In this document: one piece after another, positions 1 to 12,050 of the stretch
Layout: each line of letters begins with the position of its first letter
How positions within the stretch are numbered: position 1 is the first letter of the stretch
Source of the DNA: Lama guanicoe
Lineage: Eukaryota
Assembly: GCA_013239625.1 (NCBI GenBank)
Contig: MU053881.1
Coordinates: forward strand, 3,350,001 to 3,410,000
Direction: 5' to 3'
Length of the DNA stretch: 60,000 nt
Made by a program: the position numbers and the translations under genes
Notes under the pieces: model-generated
Seen by the model: only the letters and a program-made list of their open reading frames with translations
The model's database searches: none
Told to the model about the DNA's origin: nothing

Positions 1-29
1 TATCAAATGACCACTGACATGAAATGTCA

Positions 30-170
30 AACAATTTTTAATGATACGAAAAATATTCACAATACAACGGTAAGTTAAAAAAAAAGTCAGAGTGAAAATA
101 CTATATTCATCATGATCTAACTAAAAGGAAAAGACGGGAAGAAGTATACCAAATGTTACCACGGAGAGCA
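30..170 (+). mobile_element. Old L1M(E) 3' end fragment
   Basis: aaaatattcacaatacaacggtaagttaaaaaaaaagtcag...gaagtataccaaatgttac resembles the L1ME 3' end. Confidence 0.5.
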
Positions 171-879
171 AAAATGGAGCTAAGCCTCAGGGTTGCCACC
201 AGGGGCCAAGCTGGGACCTTGCCCCAAACCCAGCTCCAAACCTGGGAGTAAACATGATGGCCAAGCTTCTGTAGCCTAGAACAAGAAGTCAAGGCCATGT
301 GAATCTCTGCTTCTCCACTCCAGAGAAGACAAAAAGAGGGCTTCATCTGTATTCCCTCTCATTTCTATGGGTGTCAAGCACCACTTGTTCATCAACTCAG
401 GGATAATGCAACTTTTTTGCTTTTGACTTGTGTGGGCTGAGTCTGAAGGTGGAACTTATCTCATAATACATTTCTGTCCCTGACTCTCTTTGTTCTAAGA
501 ATTCGGCTTCCTAGACAAATGAAATCATCTTAACCAAAACATGTTCAGTGAATTTCTGATCATTTAACACGACTATGTAGGCAGTGTCACATCCTGGATT
601 CCTGCTCAGACAAGTGTTAACATACACCTGCCCCAGAAATGCCCACAGATTTATCGCGTCCTTGCTGCTCTGGTCAACACTTTTGTGTCTCTGACTTTGC
701 CCACGAGAAAATTGCAATCTTATGGGACATACATTGCTGAGGGTGTAAACCAAGATCTTGGCTTCCTGGATCACAAGGTCTACATTTTATTCCTCTCTTT
801 TTGCAGAAGTGCCCGCGATGGTGCTTGGTACCTATCAGATGCTCAGTGGAAATAGGTATTTCTGTACCATGAGGGCTCA

Positions 880-2160
880 AGAAAGCTCATATGCCATTTC
901 CTGCTCAATTGCTTGACTTAGCTTGTTCAAAACAGAACTCTGGATTTCCACTGTCAATGAGTTCTTTCCCAGACCTACCTCCCTACCTCCACTCAACCCA
1001 GCTGGGCTCCAGCCCAACCTTAACAGTCATCCCTGACTTTGACTCTTCTCCTTCCCTCTCCTTCGCATCCACTCTATCAGCAAATTCTGCTGGCTCTGCT
1101 TCCAATAGATCCTAAACCTTATTACTTCTCTTTGCAAGACCATCATCTCTCAAATAGACCATGGCAACAGCCTCTGAACTGGCTGTATGTGTTTGCTAAG
1201 GCTGCTATAATAAAATATCACAGACCAGGTGTTTATAACAACAAAAATTAATTTTTTTTATAATTCTGGAGGCAAGAAGTCCAAGATCAAATTGTCCACA
1301 GGGTTCACTTCTTCTGAGGCCTCGCTCCTTGGCTTGCAGAGAACTATATTTTCCTTGAGTTTTCATATAATCTTCCCTGTGTGTCTGTGTCCTAATCTCC
1401 TTGTCTTATATGGACACAGGTCATACTGAATTAGGGCCCACCCGAAGGACCTCAATTTAACTATACAGCATTGTAAAGACCCTATTTCCAAATACAGTCA
1501 CCTTCTGAGGACCTGGGGGTTAGGGTTTCAACATTTGAACTTTGGGAGGACACAGTTCAGCCAGTTCCACTCGTCTCCCTGCTTTCCTTCTTGTCTCCTA
1601 AAGTCTAGTTTCCACAGTCAGTAAGAGGAATCTAAACACCTTGTCATTCCTCAATTCTTAAAACCCTCTGATGGCTTCCCGATGCACCTATATTTACATT
1701 CAAGATTTCTGTCTCGGCCTCTGAGGATACCCCTACCCTCTGCAACCTCACCTGTTATGACTCTTGTTTGCTCAGCCCTTCTGGCCTTCTTTCTATCCCC
1801 CAGGCACGCCAGAATTATTCCTCTCCTGGTGACCTTGCACCTGCTGTTCCTTTAGGGTGAAACATGCTTCCTCCAGGCTGGCATCTCCCCCAAGAATCTA
1901 CCCCAAGGCTGGCATCTTCTCAGCATTTGGGTTCACCCCCGAGTTACTATTCCCTTCCTGGGCCCTCCCCTCTCCTTCCTGCCCAGCCAATGCCAGCCCA
2001 GCACGCAGAACCCCCCTAGACCCTCATCCTGTCTGATTTCTTTCATAGTATCATCACTATATGAATTTTTCCAATTTTTAAATGTTTTAAAACTGTCTAT
2101 GTCCAACACACTAATGTAAACCTTAGTATAAATTCACACCCAGTAAATAGCATTTATTTA
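880..2160 (+). mobile_element. L2 fragment interrupted by an MLT1 LTR
   Basis: L2-like motifs aaacagaactctggatttcc, ccctctgatggcttccc and cttgcacctgctgttcc. Confidence 0.65.
1184..1565 (-). mobile_element. ERVL-MaLR solo LTR (MLT1A/B-like)
   Basis: ggctgctataataaaatatcacagac...ttctggaggcaagaagtccaagatcaa...aaatacagtcaccttctgagg...gacacagttcagcc. Confidence 0.85.
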
Positions 2161-2459
2161 ATTACCAAAGGAAACCTTCTTCAAAATATGGACACAGCAA
2201 ACTTCAACGCAGCTTTTCATTTGCCAATAAATTAGCATCTTCTTACTGACGCTCTTCATAAACGACATCACTCATTCGTTCATTCAGCAAATATCGATCA
2301 GATACAGGATGGTAAGTTAGGAAGAATGTGGGTTCTACAGGAAGCAGATGGGGAATAAAATCCTGTCTCTAATACTTTGCTGTGTTGCCTCCTGCAAGAT
2401 GTCTAACCTCTCTAAAATTGTTAAACAGGGGTTCAAAATACTCTTGTCCCTACTTCAGA

Positions 2460-2645
2460 GTGCATCCAGAAATAAGGTGGACTGATAGATGTAGAGAGGG
2501 ACAGACAGATGGAGAGTATGTGATAAAGGAAGTGTCATAAATCTTAATGGTGGGATCTAGGTGGTGGGTATATGGGTCCTTGCTACAAAGTTCTTTCAAT
2601 TTTTCTGCATGTTTGAACTTTTTCATAGTGAAATATTGGGGTAGA
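2460..2645 (+). mobile_element. L1M 3' end fragment nested in a MIR (~2330-2760)
   Basis: gatctaggtggtgggtatatggg...ttctttcaatttttctgcatgtttgaactttttcatagtgaaatattgggg. Confidence 0.7.
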
Positions 2646-3761
2646 AAAGCAGAGCAAACCAAACAACCTTGCAGGTTTGTTGTCAGGATGAAAGGATATA
2701 GCGTTTGTAATGTACATAGCAGGGGTGTTTGGAGCGCTAGAGGATTCAGTAAACGCAGACTGCTGGTGTCATTTTCCCTCAAATATGCTACGTAGCGGAG
2801 GAGGACCCAAGAGGAATGAGGGGGAAGGAGATGCAGGTGCTCCTAGCACAGGGAGGAATTGCTCTAATAAAGCCACTGCACAGGCAGGGGGCTGCAGGGT
2901 CACAGGAGAGGGAAGGACTGAGCCTGCTCCTGCTCGGAATAGGAAAGGTGCAAAGAGCCATGAGAGGCAGATTTTGAGGTGGGCGTTGAAGGGTGAAGAG
3001 CTGTCCAAACGGGGCAAAAGAGGCATTGGGTTTTGTTTAGAGGTCAAGTTAAATGACATCCCCTTTCAATCTGCAACGGATTAGCGCTCTCCTTTCCACA
3101 AACATTTCCTTGAGTTTTTAGCCACGTCTTTCCAAGTTGGACGTCAGGAATACCATTTCATCTCCTGTTATAGCTAAACTTGGAGCCCTGTCTGGGGATG
3201 CAGTGAACTTTAATCTTGCCGAGTGGAAATTTGAGTGATTAGAAGATTTATCTTCATTTCTGGGTTCTGTCTTGGAACAAAATTTGTTTTTTGCTTGTTT
3301 GTTTCTTGATTTTTTTTTGGTTAGGATTACAGGGTGCCTTAGCATGCAGTCACCTAGAAAGATTTCACAATGGGTCAAACCTTCTGGAAGACCAGCATGG
3401 CAAGCAATGGGCATAGATTTTCTCTCTGCCTTTGCCCTCTAAACAGGAAGATCTGTTCTGATCAAATCAACAGAATTTTCTGTTGATTGTGGTGAACGTT
3501 TTTTCCCCCAGGGACTTGCAGATAAATTGGGTATATTCATTTCTTGCAACTGATGTTATTTCTTCCTGGAAAACCCAGGCAAAAGACATGTCTAAATGCA
3601 GCGTAAAATTCAAAGTGGCCAACTGTCAGCCAGAGACAACACGAATCAAAACCTTTCCAGGTCAGGTAGCTGTAGCTGTGTCCCAGGCGTTCCCCCATCC
3701 CCTTAACAAACTTGCACAATTTTCTGTTCTGTGCCAGAAGCTGGGAATGTGAGGATGATTT

Positions 3762-4257
3762 TGCCGGGGCTCAGAACAGTCCTCCCCGAGAGGTGCCACC
3801 TTGACATGGAGATTATTTTGAGCTAAGGCAATTGAGACCCTTTGGGCTCAAGAGAAACTACTGTCCCTTCTTTAACTACCTAGAATAATTTAAATCAGGA
3901 ATTTTTTTTTTCCCAGAAAAAGAGTTATTCCCAAAGATAAATTTTATCTAAGCCACCATCTATATAGCAGGGCAAACATCTAATTACCAAACATCTGCTC
4001 TTCTTTTTATCCTGATGATGACATCAATTATTATCATCATTAGTGAATGACCCTTCTGTCCTTGGAAGCCCCAGCCCCATCCCATTCCGTATCTCAGGGT
4101 GGCGTACGTACCTCAGCACCTCTCACGGATGTGGGGTTCTTGTACTTACAAAATTAAATTCAATTTTCTCCTGCTAATCTGTCTCATGTCAACTTAATTC
4201 TTAGCCCGGCCAGAAGACCTTACACAGGTGGAAGAAAAGTTTCTTCCTCCCCGATCA
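3762..4257 (+). mobile_element. ERV1 solo LTR (MER34-like)
   Basis: TG...CA termini; gattattttgagctaaggcaattgaga; 3' end attaaa...tttctcctgctaatctgtct...aagtttcttcctcccc. Confidence 0.75.
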
Positions 4258-4629
4258 CCTAGACACACGCCGGTTCCCAGGAGCCCACGGGCTAGCGGGG
4301 AGGACCGAGGCCTGCTGATGGATATCAGCTACAGGGCCAGGGCTAACAAAGATGGATGAACGGGGGCCTGGGATTTCCAAAAGACGAGGGACAGAATGAA
4401 ATTGTCTTGGATATATATAAAAGCTACAAACCCATTCCTATGAGTCAAAAAATGGAATACTTTTCTGCTTTGTTTTTTTCCTTAGAAAGCTGTCAACAGG
4501 GAAGGATTTGTGCTTACTTGCTTGTGAGCAAATGATGGTGAACATGCAAACAGAGCTCTAAGACCTAAGGAGCCTTACAAGAGACTTCACCGAGGTAGTG
4601 TTGATTAAAGAAGGGAAGGTTGAACCCAT

Positions 4630-4810
4630 GAATGTGGAGCATTTATCCTGGGCCAGCATGTACAGAAAGCATTTCATTTAATCCTTCCAGCAACCCTGGG
4701 GCACATCGCTGGGGAGGAAAATGAGCCTCGGAGAGCTTGGGTGCTTTGCTCAAGCACCTGGGATGGAGCTGGGATGCAAACCCTGATCTTCTGGTCCTCA
4801 AAGCTCTTGC
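4630..4810 (-). mobile_element. MIR
   Basis: tcatttaatccttccagcaaccct...gaggaaaatgagcctcggagag...gagctgggatgcaaaccc. Confidence 0.7.
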
Positions 4811-5819
4811 TGCTTCTGCCAGACTCTCGCCTCCAATTTCAGAGAGGACTCATTTTAGTTAGGGAGAGAGGTTAGAGCCTCTTGCAAAGAACGGTGCTGT
4901 TGTCTTTTCAGGGACAAATCCATGTCTGATGTGGCCGCTTGGGAGATTAGGATAAAGGCTCCTGACCTTGACCATGAGCCATGGCAACTTTAAGAGCCTG
5001 AGGGGAGGAGGTGTAGGGAGAACTCAATGGCTGTATCTTTAGGCAAATACTCCTTCAAGCTAGACTGGGATTTCGAGCTCCGTTGAATCTTTTTATTGTA
5101 TCTTTGGTGTTTCTCTGATGGGGGTCAGGTAATTAGACAATTAAATAACCCAGGTTAGTTGGGATAAACTCCTAGTTACCTTTGGGGATGGTAAATGAAG
5201 GGAGGATAACGTTGGTGTGGATGCTATTCTGGAGAAGGACCCAGGAGTGCTCAAATCCTGCTCTGCCAATCACCCTCCAACCCCGGGAAGATACCTAAGG
5301 CAGGTTTGCATCCAGCATAAGAGAAAATTCTAGAATTAAAGTACCGCTTTGTTCCTATCTGCGTAAGCATAGTAGCAGCTTTCTGGGAAGTTTCTCCAAA
5401 CCATCTCCTCTTCTCCCCGTCTAACTGAGGTTACCAGGAGGTCCACATGGGCTTGCTAGGGAAGCCAGAGATACCCAGGCCCAAGGGAGGGTCACTTCTC
5501 TGAGAAGAAGAGAGAAGAGGCTGGCTGACTTGCCCAGAAGAAGTGGCACGTTAGGAAACACCAGAGAGTGAAGAAAAACCATCTGAGGACCAGCAGCCCT
5601 ACCCAGGGGCGAGATGAAGCCAGACCTCATCACACATCCAGAGAGCTGGCTAAACCTCCTCCCCGCCGAGGAGCCAGGAAGGGGAGGTAGAGGCATCCCT
5701 GGTGTGGTGAGCGGGTGTGAAGAGCAGCCTTCCTCCACACAAACTATGTCCCCTCTGAGCTGTGCGGCCCGATCCAGAAGGGCAAGGAGGCGGGTCACGG
5801 GGCAGCCACGCTGGTTCCA

Positions 5820-6228
5820 CGTGGTCCTGTTGTTCTGGTCACACCGACTGGGATGCGCTGGCCAGAGTTCTGGTCCTACGAATGCACAATTCACATTGGT
5901 GGGGAGTCAGTCTTGCTGGTGGCAAAGCTTATAATATGTGAAATTCGGAATTCCAGGCGGCATCTTCTAAATACCCGAGGACCAAGTGGCAGAGAGAGAG
6001 TAAACTTTTTCAGGAGAGAAACATGAAGCTAATGCACAGAGAGAAACAGGCACAAGGATGCAGGAAGCATCCGGATGGCTTTTTCTGCCCTTTTCTACAT
6101 CTTTATGAGGCTCCTGCTGCATCTCTGTCCTGAGGCTCCGAGAGACACCTGTTTCCTGTTAATACTTTTCTCTTTGCTTAAGCAAAGGACTCCCGTTCCT
6201 TGAAACTAAAAGAACTATGTCTAATACA
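5820..6228 (+). mobile_element. Old ERVL/MaLR LTR (MLT1K- or LTR33-like)
   Basis: 3' end tttgcttaagc...ccttgaaactaaaagaactatgtctaataca. Confidence 0.6.
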
Positions 6229-6364
6229 CTTAGTAAATAGGCTTTTAAAAAAAGATTATTCCGTGCCATGCAACTGTACAGAGCTCCTTCTCTGATATTG
6301 TTTATATATTCTTACAAAGCCTGGGACTCTTTAAAACTGGGCCCCCGAGGATGACTGCACTTGT

Positions 6365-6890
6365 CATCAATCCCACTCCTAATTATTTGTCCTAGAGAAA
6401 TGAAAACTTACGCTCACACAAAAAGCTGTACCCGTATATGCATAGCAGTTGTGTTCCTAACTGCCAAACACTGGAAGCAACACAAATGTCTTTCAACAGG
6501 TGAATAGATTAACAAACTGTGGCCCATCTGCACAATGAAGTACTACTCGCAATGAAAAGGAACAGGCACCCCCATGGATGGACCTCAAAGACATCACGCT
6601 GCATGAAGGAATTCATCCTCAAAAGGTTACACTCCGTCCGGTTTCATGGAGGTAACATTCTCGAAAGGACAAAGCTACAGTCACAGAGGACAGATCAGTG
6701 GTTGCCTGGGAGTGGGGATGGGGATAAGATGAGACTATGGCATAGAGCAGGGGAGGGGAGTTTCCCTGATCGCTGTATCCTGATCGTGGTGGTGGTTACA
6801 CAGATGTGTACATGTGTTAACGTTCATAGAAACGGACAAGACAAAGTCAGTTTTACAGTCTGGATGCTTAAAAACAAAATATAAAAACAT
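6365..6890 (+). mobile_element. L1M (MB/MC-type) 3' region
   Basis: caatcccactccta...agagaaatgaaaactta...ctggaagcaacacaaatgtctttcaacaggtgaatagat...cagatcagtggttgcctggg. Confidence 0.85.
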
Positions 6891-7302
6891 AACAGGGCTG
6901 CTGTCAGCTGTGTTGGCGTGCTTTCTGTTTCCTGTGATGCCTCTTGGTGCCGTCAGTCATGAACATGCTGGGGAAAATCAGGTATGAAATTATGAGCCTT
7001 TTGCTTTTTAATGATGTCATTTCCCTCTTTACCAACTTCACAGGCACCAGCCGCAACTACTGGAAAATGCCTTGAGAAATAATAGACGTTGCTGGTGAGA
7101 CAGGAGCGAGAGGTGGTGTGCGGGGGGCACCTGCCCACACTCTGGACAGAAATCCCACCCTGTCCCCAGCCTGTCCCTCTGCCGTTTTGGAAGAAGCCCT
7201 CCACATCTCCATCTGGCCACCTGGCTTCCTTCCCTCTCTGCCTCTCATCACTGCCCTCTGTCCCTTTCTGCCCGATGAAAATCTGGTGTCATCACCCTTT
7301 AA

Positions 7303-7410
7303 GTCAGTGATTGTCAATCTTGGCTGTGCATTAGAATCACCCGGGAAGTTTTATAAACTCCTGATGCCCAGACTGAGCCCGGGACCAGTGAACTCAGACT
7401 CTCTGGGGAA
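7303..7410. mobile_element. MER5A (hAT-Charlie) fragment
   Basis: cagtgattgtcaatcttggctgtgcattagaatcacccgggaagttttataaactcctgatgcccag. Confidence 0.7.
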
Positions 7411-8014
7411 GGGCTCTTTGGCTGCAGACAGTAGCAACAATTATATCCCTGCATTGTAAAGATGACACATTTTGATGTGAGATACCAAAGATTAGCTCAC
7501 TAGACCCCCAAGCTCAGGCCCGAGGGGATGCCCAGGAAGGCTCTTGGGGTACTCCACGTTGGTGACCAGGGTTGAAGGGAGATGGGTTCCCAGTCTGTCC
7601 TCTTTTCACACCTGGCTCCATCCAGTCCCACAAGGGGCCTTGCACAATTCCATGTGGACACACCAGTCTTGTGTCTAAGGTGTGTTTACACTTCCCCCAA
7701 ATGGCCATTTTTGGATACTTCTGGTGTCAGAGGTATGAATGCCGCAAGTGCAAACTGCTTTTGGAAGCTTGGCACTAGGGAAAAAGTCCAGGCAGCCTTG
7801 GAAGCAGACATGGGCTGTTTGTGGAGGAATTCCAGACCCCGGTTTCTGACGCTCAAAGCATGGTCTCGAAGTAGGGATTAGGTACTGGCCAGGGGACTGT
7901 GGACTCGTCAACATACAGGAGGGCTGTGGCCAGAGGGGAGATGTATAGGATCTAGAAAGTGCAGGGTCTAGAGTAGGGGCCCCTCTTGTCCAGGTCTAAA
8001 AGATATTACTTGAA

Positions 8015-8216
8015 ATTACACTAACCAATATGGTAGCCATGGGCCACATGTGGCTATGTACATTTAAGTTAATTAAAGTTAAATAACATTTACATTCATT
8101 TCCTCAGTTGCATTCGCCACATTTCAGGAGCTCCACGTAGTTCATGACTTCCACACTGGACGCACAGATACAGATCATTTCCATCATCACGGAAAAGTGT
8201 TACTGGACAGCAGTGG
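8015..8216. mobile_element. MER3-like hAT-Charlie MITE
   Basis: ccaatatggtagccatgggccacatgtggcta...catttccatcatcacggaaaagtgttactggacagcagtg. Confidence 0.8.
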
Positions 8217-8411
8217 TCTGGAGGTTCAGAGAATTGGAGAGTTTTCTCCAGAGTCATGTAGTAGACAAGTCTGGGGCTGGAATTTGGATGAAGGTCTGTC
8301 TGATTCTAAGCCCTCTGTTTGCTTTCCATTCCCGACCTTGAAAAGAACTAATTATCTCTTCCCAGTCTTGTTCCTTCATCTGTAAAACAAAAATAAACCC
8401 CTCAAATGGGA

Positions 8412-8434
8412 GTGTGTGTGTGTGTGTGTGTGTG
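8412..8434. repeat. (GT)n microsatellite within a MIR fragment
   Basis: About 11 GT units, followed by aggattaaatgagat (MIR). Confidence 0.9.
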
Positions 8435-9379
8435 AGGATTAAATGAGATCATGTCAACAAAATGCCCACAGCGGAGTAGATCGTTGCTTCTCGGTAAATT
8501 CGGTTTCCTTCTCCTGCCTCGGCAGGGGCTGAGAAAAGGAGCAGCAGAAGGATTAAGAAGCCCTTTCTGCCTCAAATACGCAAAATAAGAGAATGGTTTG
8601 AAAATGGATGAAAGCTGCTCCTTGGTAAACGCATGAGTGACGATGCACCCACATTGGAAAGACAACTAAGTTTGACGTGAGATGCCAAGGGTTAGCTAAT
8701 TAAACTCCAAAGCCAGAAGTTTTGTTTGAAAGATAAAAATAATTTCACATGCAACTGGGACTTTTTAAAAAAAGGTGTGGGGAGTGTATTCATTTTCTGA
8801 TTATTTATAACTGAGAGGCAGGGAAGAACCCATTAGACACCGAAGCTCCACACTTAATAGCTGGATCCGTTGTCTTACAAACGCTACCTTCAGGATGAAA
8901 AAAGACGTACTTCTGACAATGAGTTATCTTGGAGGGCAAAGGTAAGTGTCTTTGACTCTCTGTAAGGATGCTGGCCAGTGCCCTCACCCTCTTTCTCTGT
9001 GAACTTGAGGGATCCCCTCCCCTCTCTGGGCTCATTGTCTCCTCTGGGCAGAGGGGGCTGGATGAGGGGATTTTAGGGGTCTTTCATCTCTGGTGATACA
9101 AAATTCTATAAAGAACAATCTTTAAAAACAATTATTTTAAAAAATTAGAACTAGTTTGCTTTATCTTTCATATATCAGCAGTGCCTAAACAGATTAAGAA
9201 ATCTCCCGCCCCTAGGGAAAGAGATTTGTGTGCCATTTACTTGTAAAAGTGGGAGATGGACCTTTTCTTCCCTTTTCATGACATCACTGATGAAGGAAAA
9301 CTAGACGAGTCATGAGATTAAGAGAACGTATGAGTCCTTCATTGAGGGAAGTTTTCTAATACCAATAATGCTGAAGGTA

Positions 9380-9920
9380 TTGGTTCATTCTTTTACCCAC
9401 AGATTCAAAAAATATTTATTTAGCTCTGATAATGTGTAGCAGGAAGTGTTCTAGGCACTAGGGAGGCAGCAATAGCAAAGTAGACAGATCTCTTGCTCAC
9501 AGAACTTACATTCTAGGCTGGGAGGACAGAGTATCAATAAGAAAAGAACTGAAGAAGTGGCAGGTGTGTGATGTAGGCGTGTAATGTGTCAGGCGATGCT
9601 CACTAACAAAGCATAAATCAAAGGTGAGAAGGGAGAGGATGCTGTGACGGGGCAGGCTGGTATCTTAGATGGGGAATCAGGGGAGACGTCTTTAAGGAGG
9701 TAACGCTCGAGTAGATTTCTGCATGAAATGAGGACGTGAGTCAGGTGCAAGAATGTTCCAGACAGACGGGACAGCAAAAGCAAAATCTTGAGATGAGAGA
9801 AGACTTCATAGGTTTTAAGAACAGAAAGGCTGATGTGACTAGAGCTGGGGTGAAGCTGGGCAGGTTAGAGCAGGGAAAGAAGAGAGTGGGAGAGGCTGGA
9901 GTGATGTCCTGGGACTAGAT
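9380..9920 (-). mobile_element. L2 3' fragment
   Basis: aaatatttatt...gtgttctaggcactaggg...gaacttacattctagg...aagaacagaaaggctgatgtgactagagc. Confidence 0.75.
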
Positions 9921-10141
9921 CAGAGTCCAGCAAACTGTAGCCTGTGAGCCAAATCCAACCTGATGGCTGAGTTTTTAAATAAAGTTTTATTGGCACACAG
10001 CCGCAGCCATTCCTTTACTCTTGTCGGTGGCAGCATTCCCATGACAGTGGGACGTAAGTAGCTGCAACAGAGACCGTCTGGTTTGCAAAGCCTAAAATAT
10101 TTACTAGCAGGCCCTTCAGAGAGAAAATTATCTGTCTCCAG
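9921..10141. mobile_element. MER58A (hAT-Charlie)
   Basis: cagcaaactgtagcctgtgagccaaatcc...aataaagttttattggcacacagcc...gcaaagcctaaaatatttacta. Confidence 0.85.
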
Positions 10142-10679
10142 CTTTAGAATATTATTTCACCTTATTTTCAACCTTGCTGCGCCATGATAACGTCTCATAA
10201 CACAGAATATAGGTGTTTTTTTTCCTTATACAGTGTGAGCATCTCTGTATTTTTAAATGGCCTCTATTTGAATCTAATTCTATCACATTATGCTCTCCAT
10301 TTGACCTGCCCTCCTTTCTCTTGGCATATCTTTTTCTGTATTACTCCATTCCTTTGTATCCATGCATTCCCCCATCCCCTCACTTTCGGTCTGTGAATTT
10401 ATTTTTACAGAGTGCACAAATAAAATTGCTCGTTTGAGAAATGTCTTGATGAGACATTTTATTTTCCACAAAGACAAAGCCAGAAAATTGACTGAATGGT
10501 TAAGAAAAGTGGAGCAGTTAACTCTCAACCTGAGGACTGGCCTGGCAAGCTAAAGAATTCACAGAAAACAGAAAGTGGGAACAAGACCAAGACTAAGAAA
10601 GAAGGTAAATAGCCGAAGACCTTGTTATTGACTAAAATATCTGAAATTGGTACTGGTTAAAAATGATAACCTCCACATT

Positions 10680-10920
10680 TTTTTCCAAATATTTTTTGTT
10701 GTGGTAAAAAACACAAACATAAAATTGACCATCATAACCATTTTCAAGTGGACAGCTCAGTGGCATGAAATTTCTTTATAATGAGCCCCCATCACCACCA
10801 TCCACCTCCCGAAATCTTCACCTTCTTGAAACTGCAAGTCTGTCCCCATTAAATGCCAATTCCCCATTCGCCTCCCTCTCAGCCCCCCAGCAACCACAAC
10901 CACATTCTACTTTCTGAGTA
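10680..10920 (-). mobile_element. L1M 3' end fragment
   Basis: ttgtggtaaaaaacacaaacataaaattgaccatcataaccattttcaagtggacagctcagtggcat...cattctactttctg. Confidence 0.8.
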
Positions 10921-11339
10921 TGGACATTTTTAAGATTGCCTTTTCCCTTTCAAATCAAAGGTAAATAATATTGATATGTTGCCCTAGATTGACTTTGCAA
11001 ACATTTTGTTTTTCCCTCTGGCTGAGTCATGTAATGCATTTCAGCCAAAAAACTCCCCCCTTGATTCGTTGTTATTGCATTGATTTGTTTTTCTATACAG
11101 TTGTCGCCACTTCAAGCCTGAGCTAAGCCTTCCTCTTCAGGTGTTCACGTGCATCAGGTTGTCTGTGGGTTTCGTCTTCCCAAATCCCTCTGTGGGAGCT
11201 TCCGGCCCCGTCCATGCTGGGTGGGTGCCCTCCGTGCCGGGCACACAGCTTGCCTCCTGCCATTTCCCCTCGCCGACCCTCCTCGGGTTTTCTCCTCGTC
11301 CTCCTGTGCCCCGCAGCCTGCCCCCCTCTGTCTTGGCTT

Positions 11340-12050
11340 GCCACCTCCCTTTGAAGCAGCGCACTTTTAAGCTGCTTCCTAACAACAGGTGCACGGGTGT
11401 GCCTGGGACCTTGCCTTTCTGAAAACGTTCTTCATCTATATTCATCCTAAACAGCAGTTTGGTCAGCTCCATGATTCTCTGCCAGAGTTGGTCTCTGGAA
11501 CTTTGAAGACATTCACTGTTGTCTTCCAGTGCGTACTGAACAGTCTGAGCAATTCTCACACCTGATCTTTTGGAATGTGACAATTTCCTTGCTGGAAGCT
11601 TGAGAGAGATTTTTCTCCCCCCGAAGTTCTGAAATTTCACAGTTAGGTGCTTTGACGTTGATCTATTTTTATTCACTGTGTGGGTCCTTAGGTGATGGGT
11701 TCTCTTGACCTGGACTCTTCTATTTGGGAAATTTTCTTGGTGAAGACTTTTTTGCCATCTATTCTCTCTCTCTCTCTCTCTCCTTTTTTTTTTCTTTCTG
11801 AAGCTCTTACTGTTTGAGCATTGGGCTTTTTGGACCCCTTTAAAAATATCTTCCAAATCTTTGTTCTATTTTTTATTTTGAAGGGGGCTCTGGGGGTAGG
11901 GGCAGATTTCCTCAACTCTTATCTTCCAATCCTGCTACTGAGTTTTTAATTTCTACTCTTTCCAAGATTTTTTTTTTTTGTTCCCTGTTTCTTTTTATAG
12001 TATCCGATTTCCATATCTTTTCATGTGTTTCTGAGGCTATTCATGATGGC
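11340..12050 (-). mobile_element. Degenerate L1-type ORF1 region (HAL1/L1M)
   Basis: ORF 11137-11856(-) contains QENFPN...RTHH...KNRSTSKHLTVKFQNF...SGVRIA, similar to the ORF1p RRM/CTD region. Confidence 0.7.

Noticed and set aside
8935..8950. Isolated strong splice donors (aagGTAAGT at ~8942; also cagGTAAGT at ~36742 and cagGTAAGG at ~20034)
   Set aside because: They cannot be linked to convincing acceptors or a coherent reading frame, and such matches are expected by chance in 60 kb.
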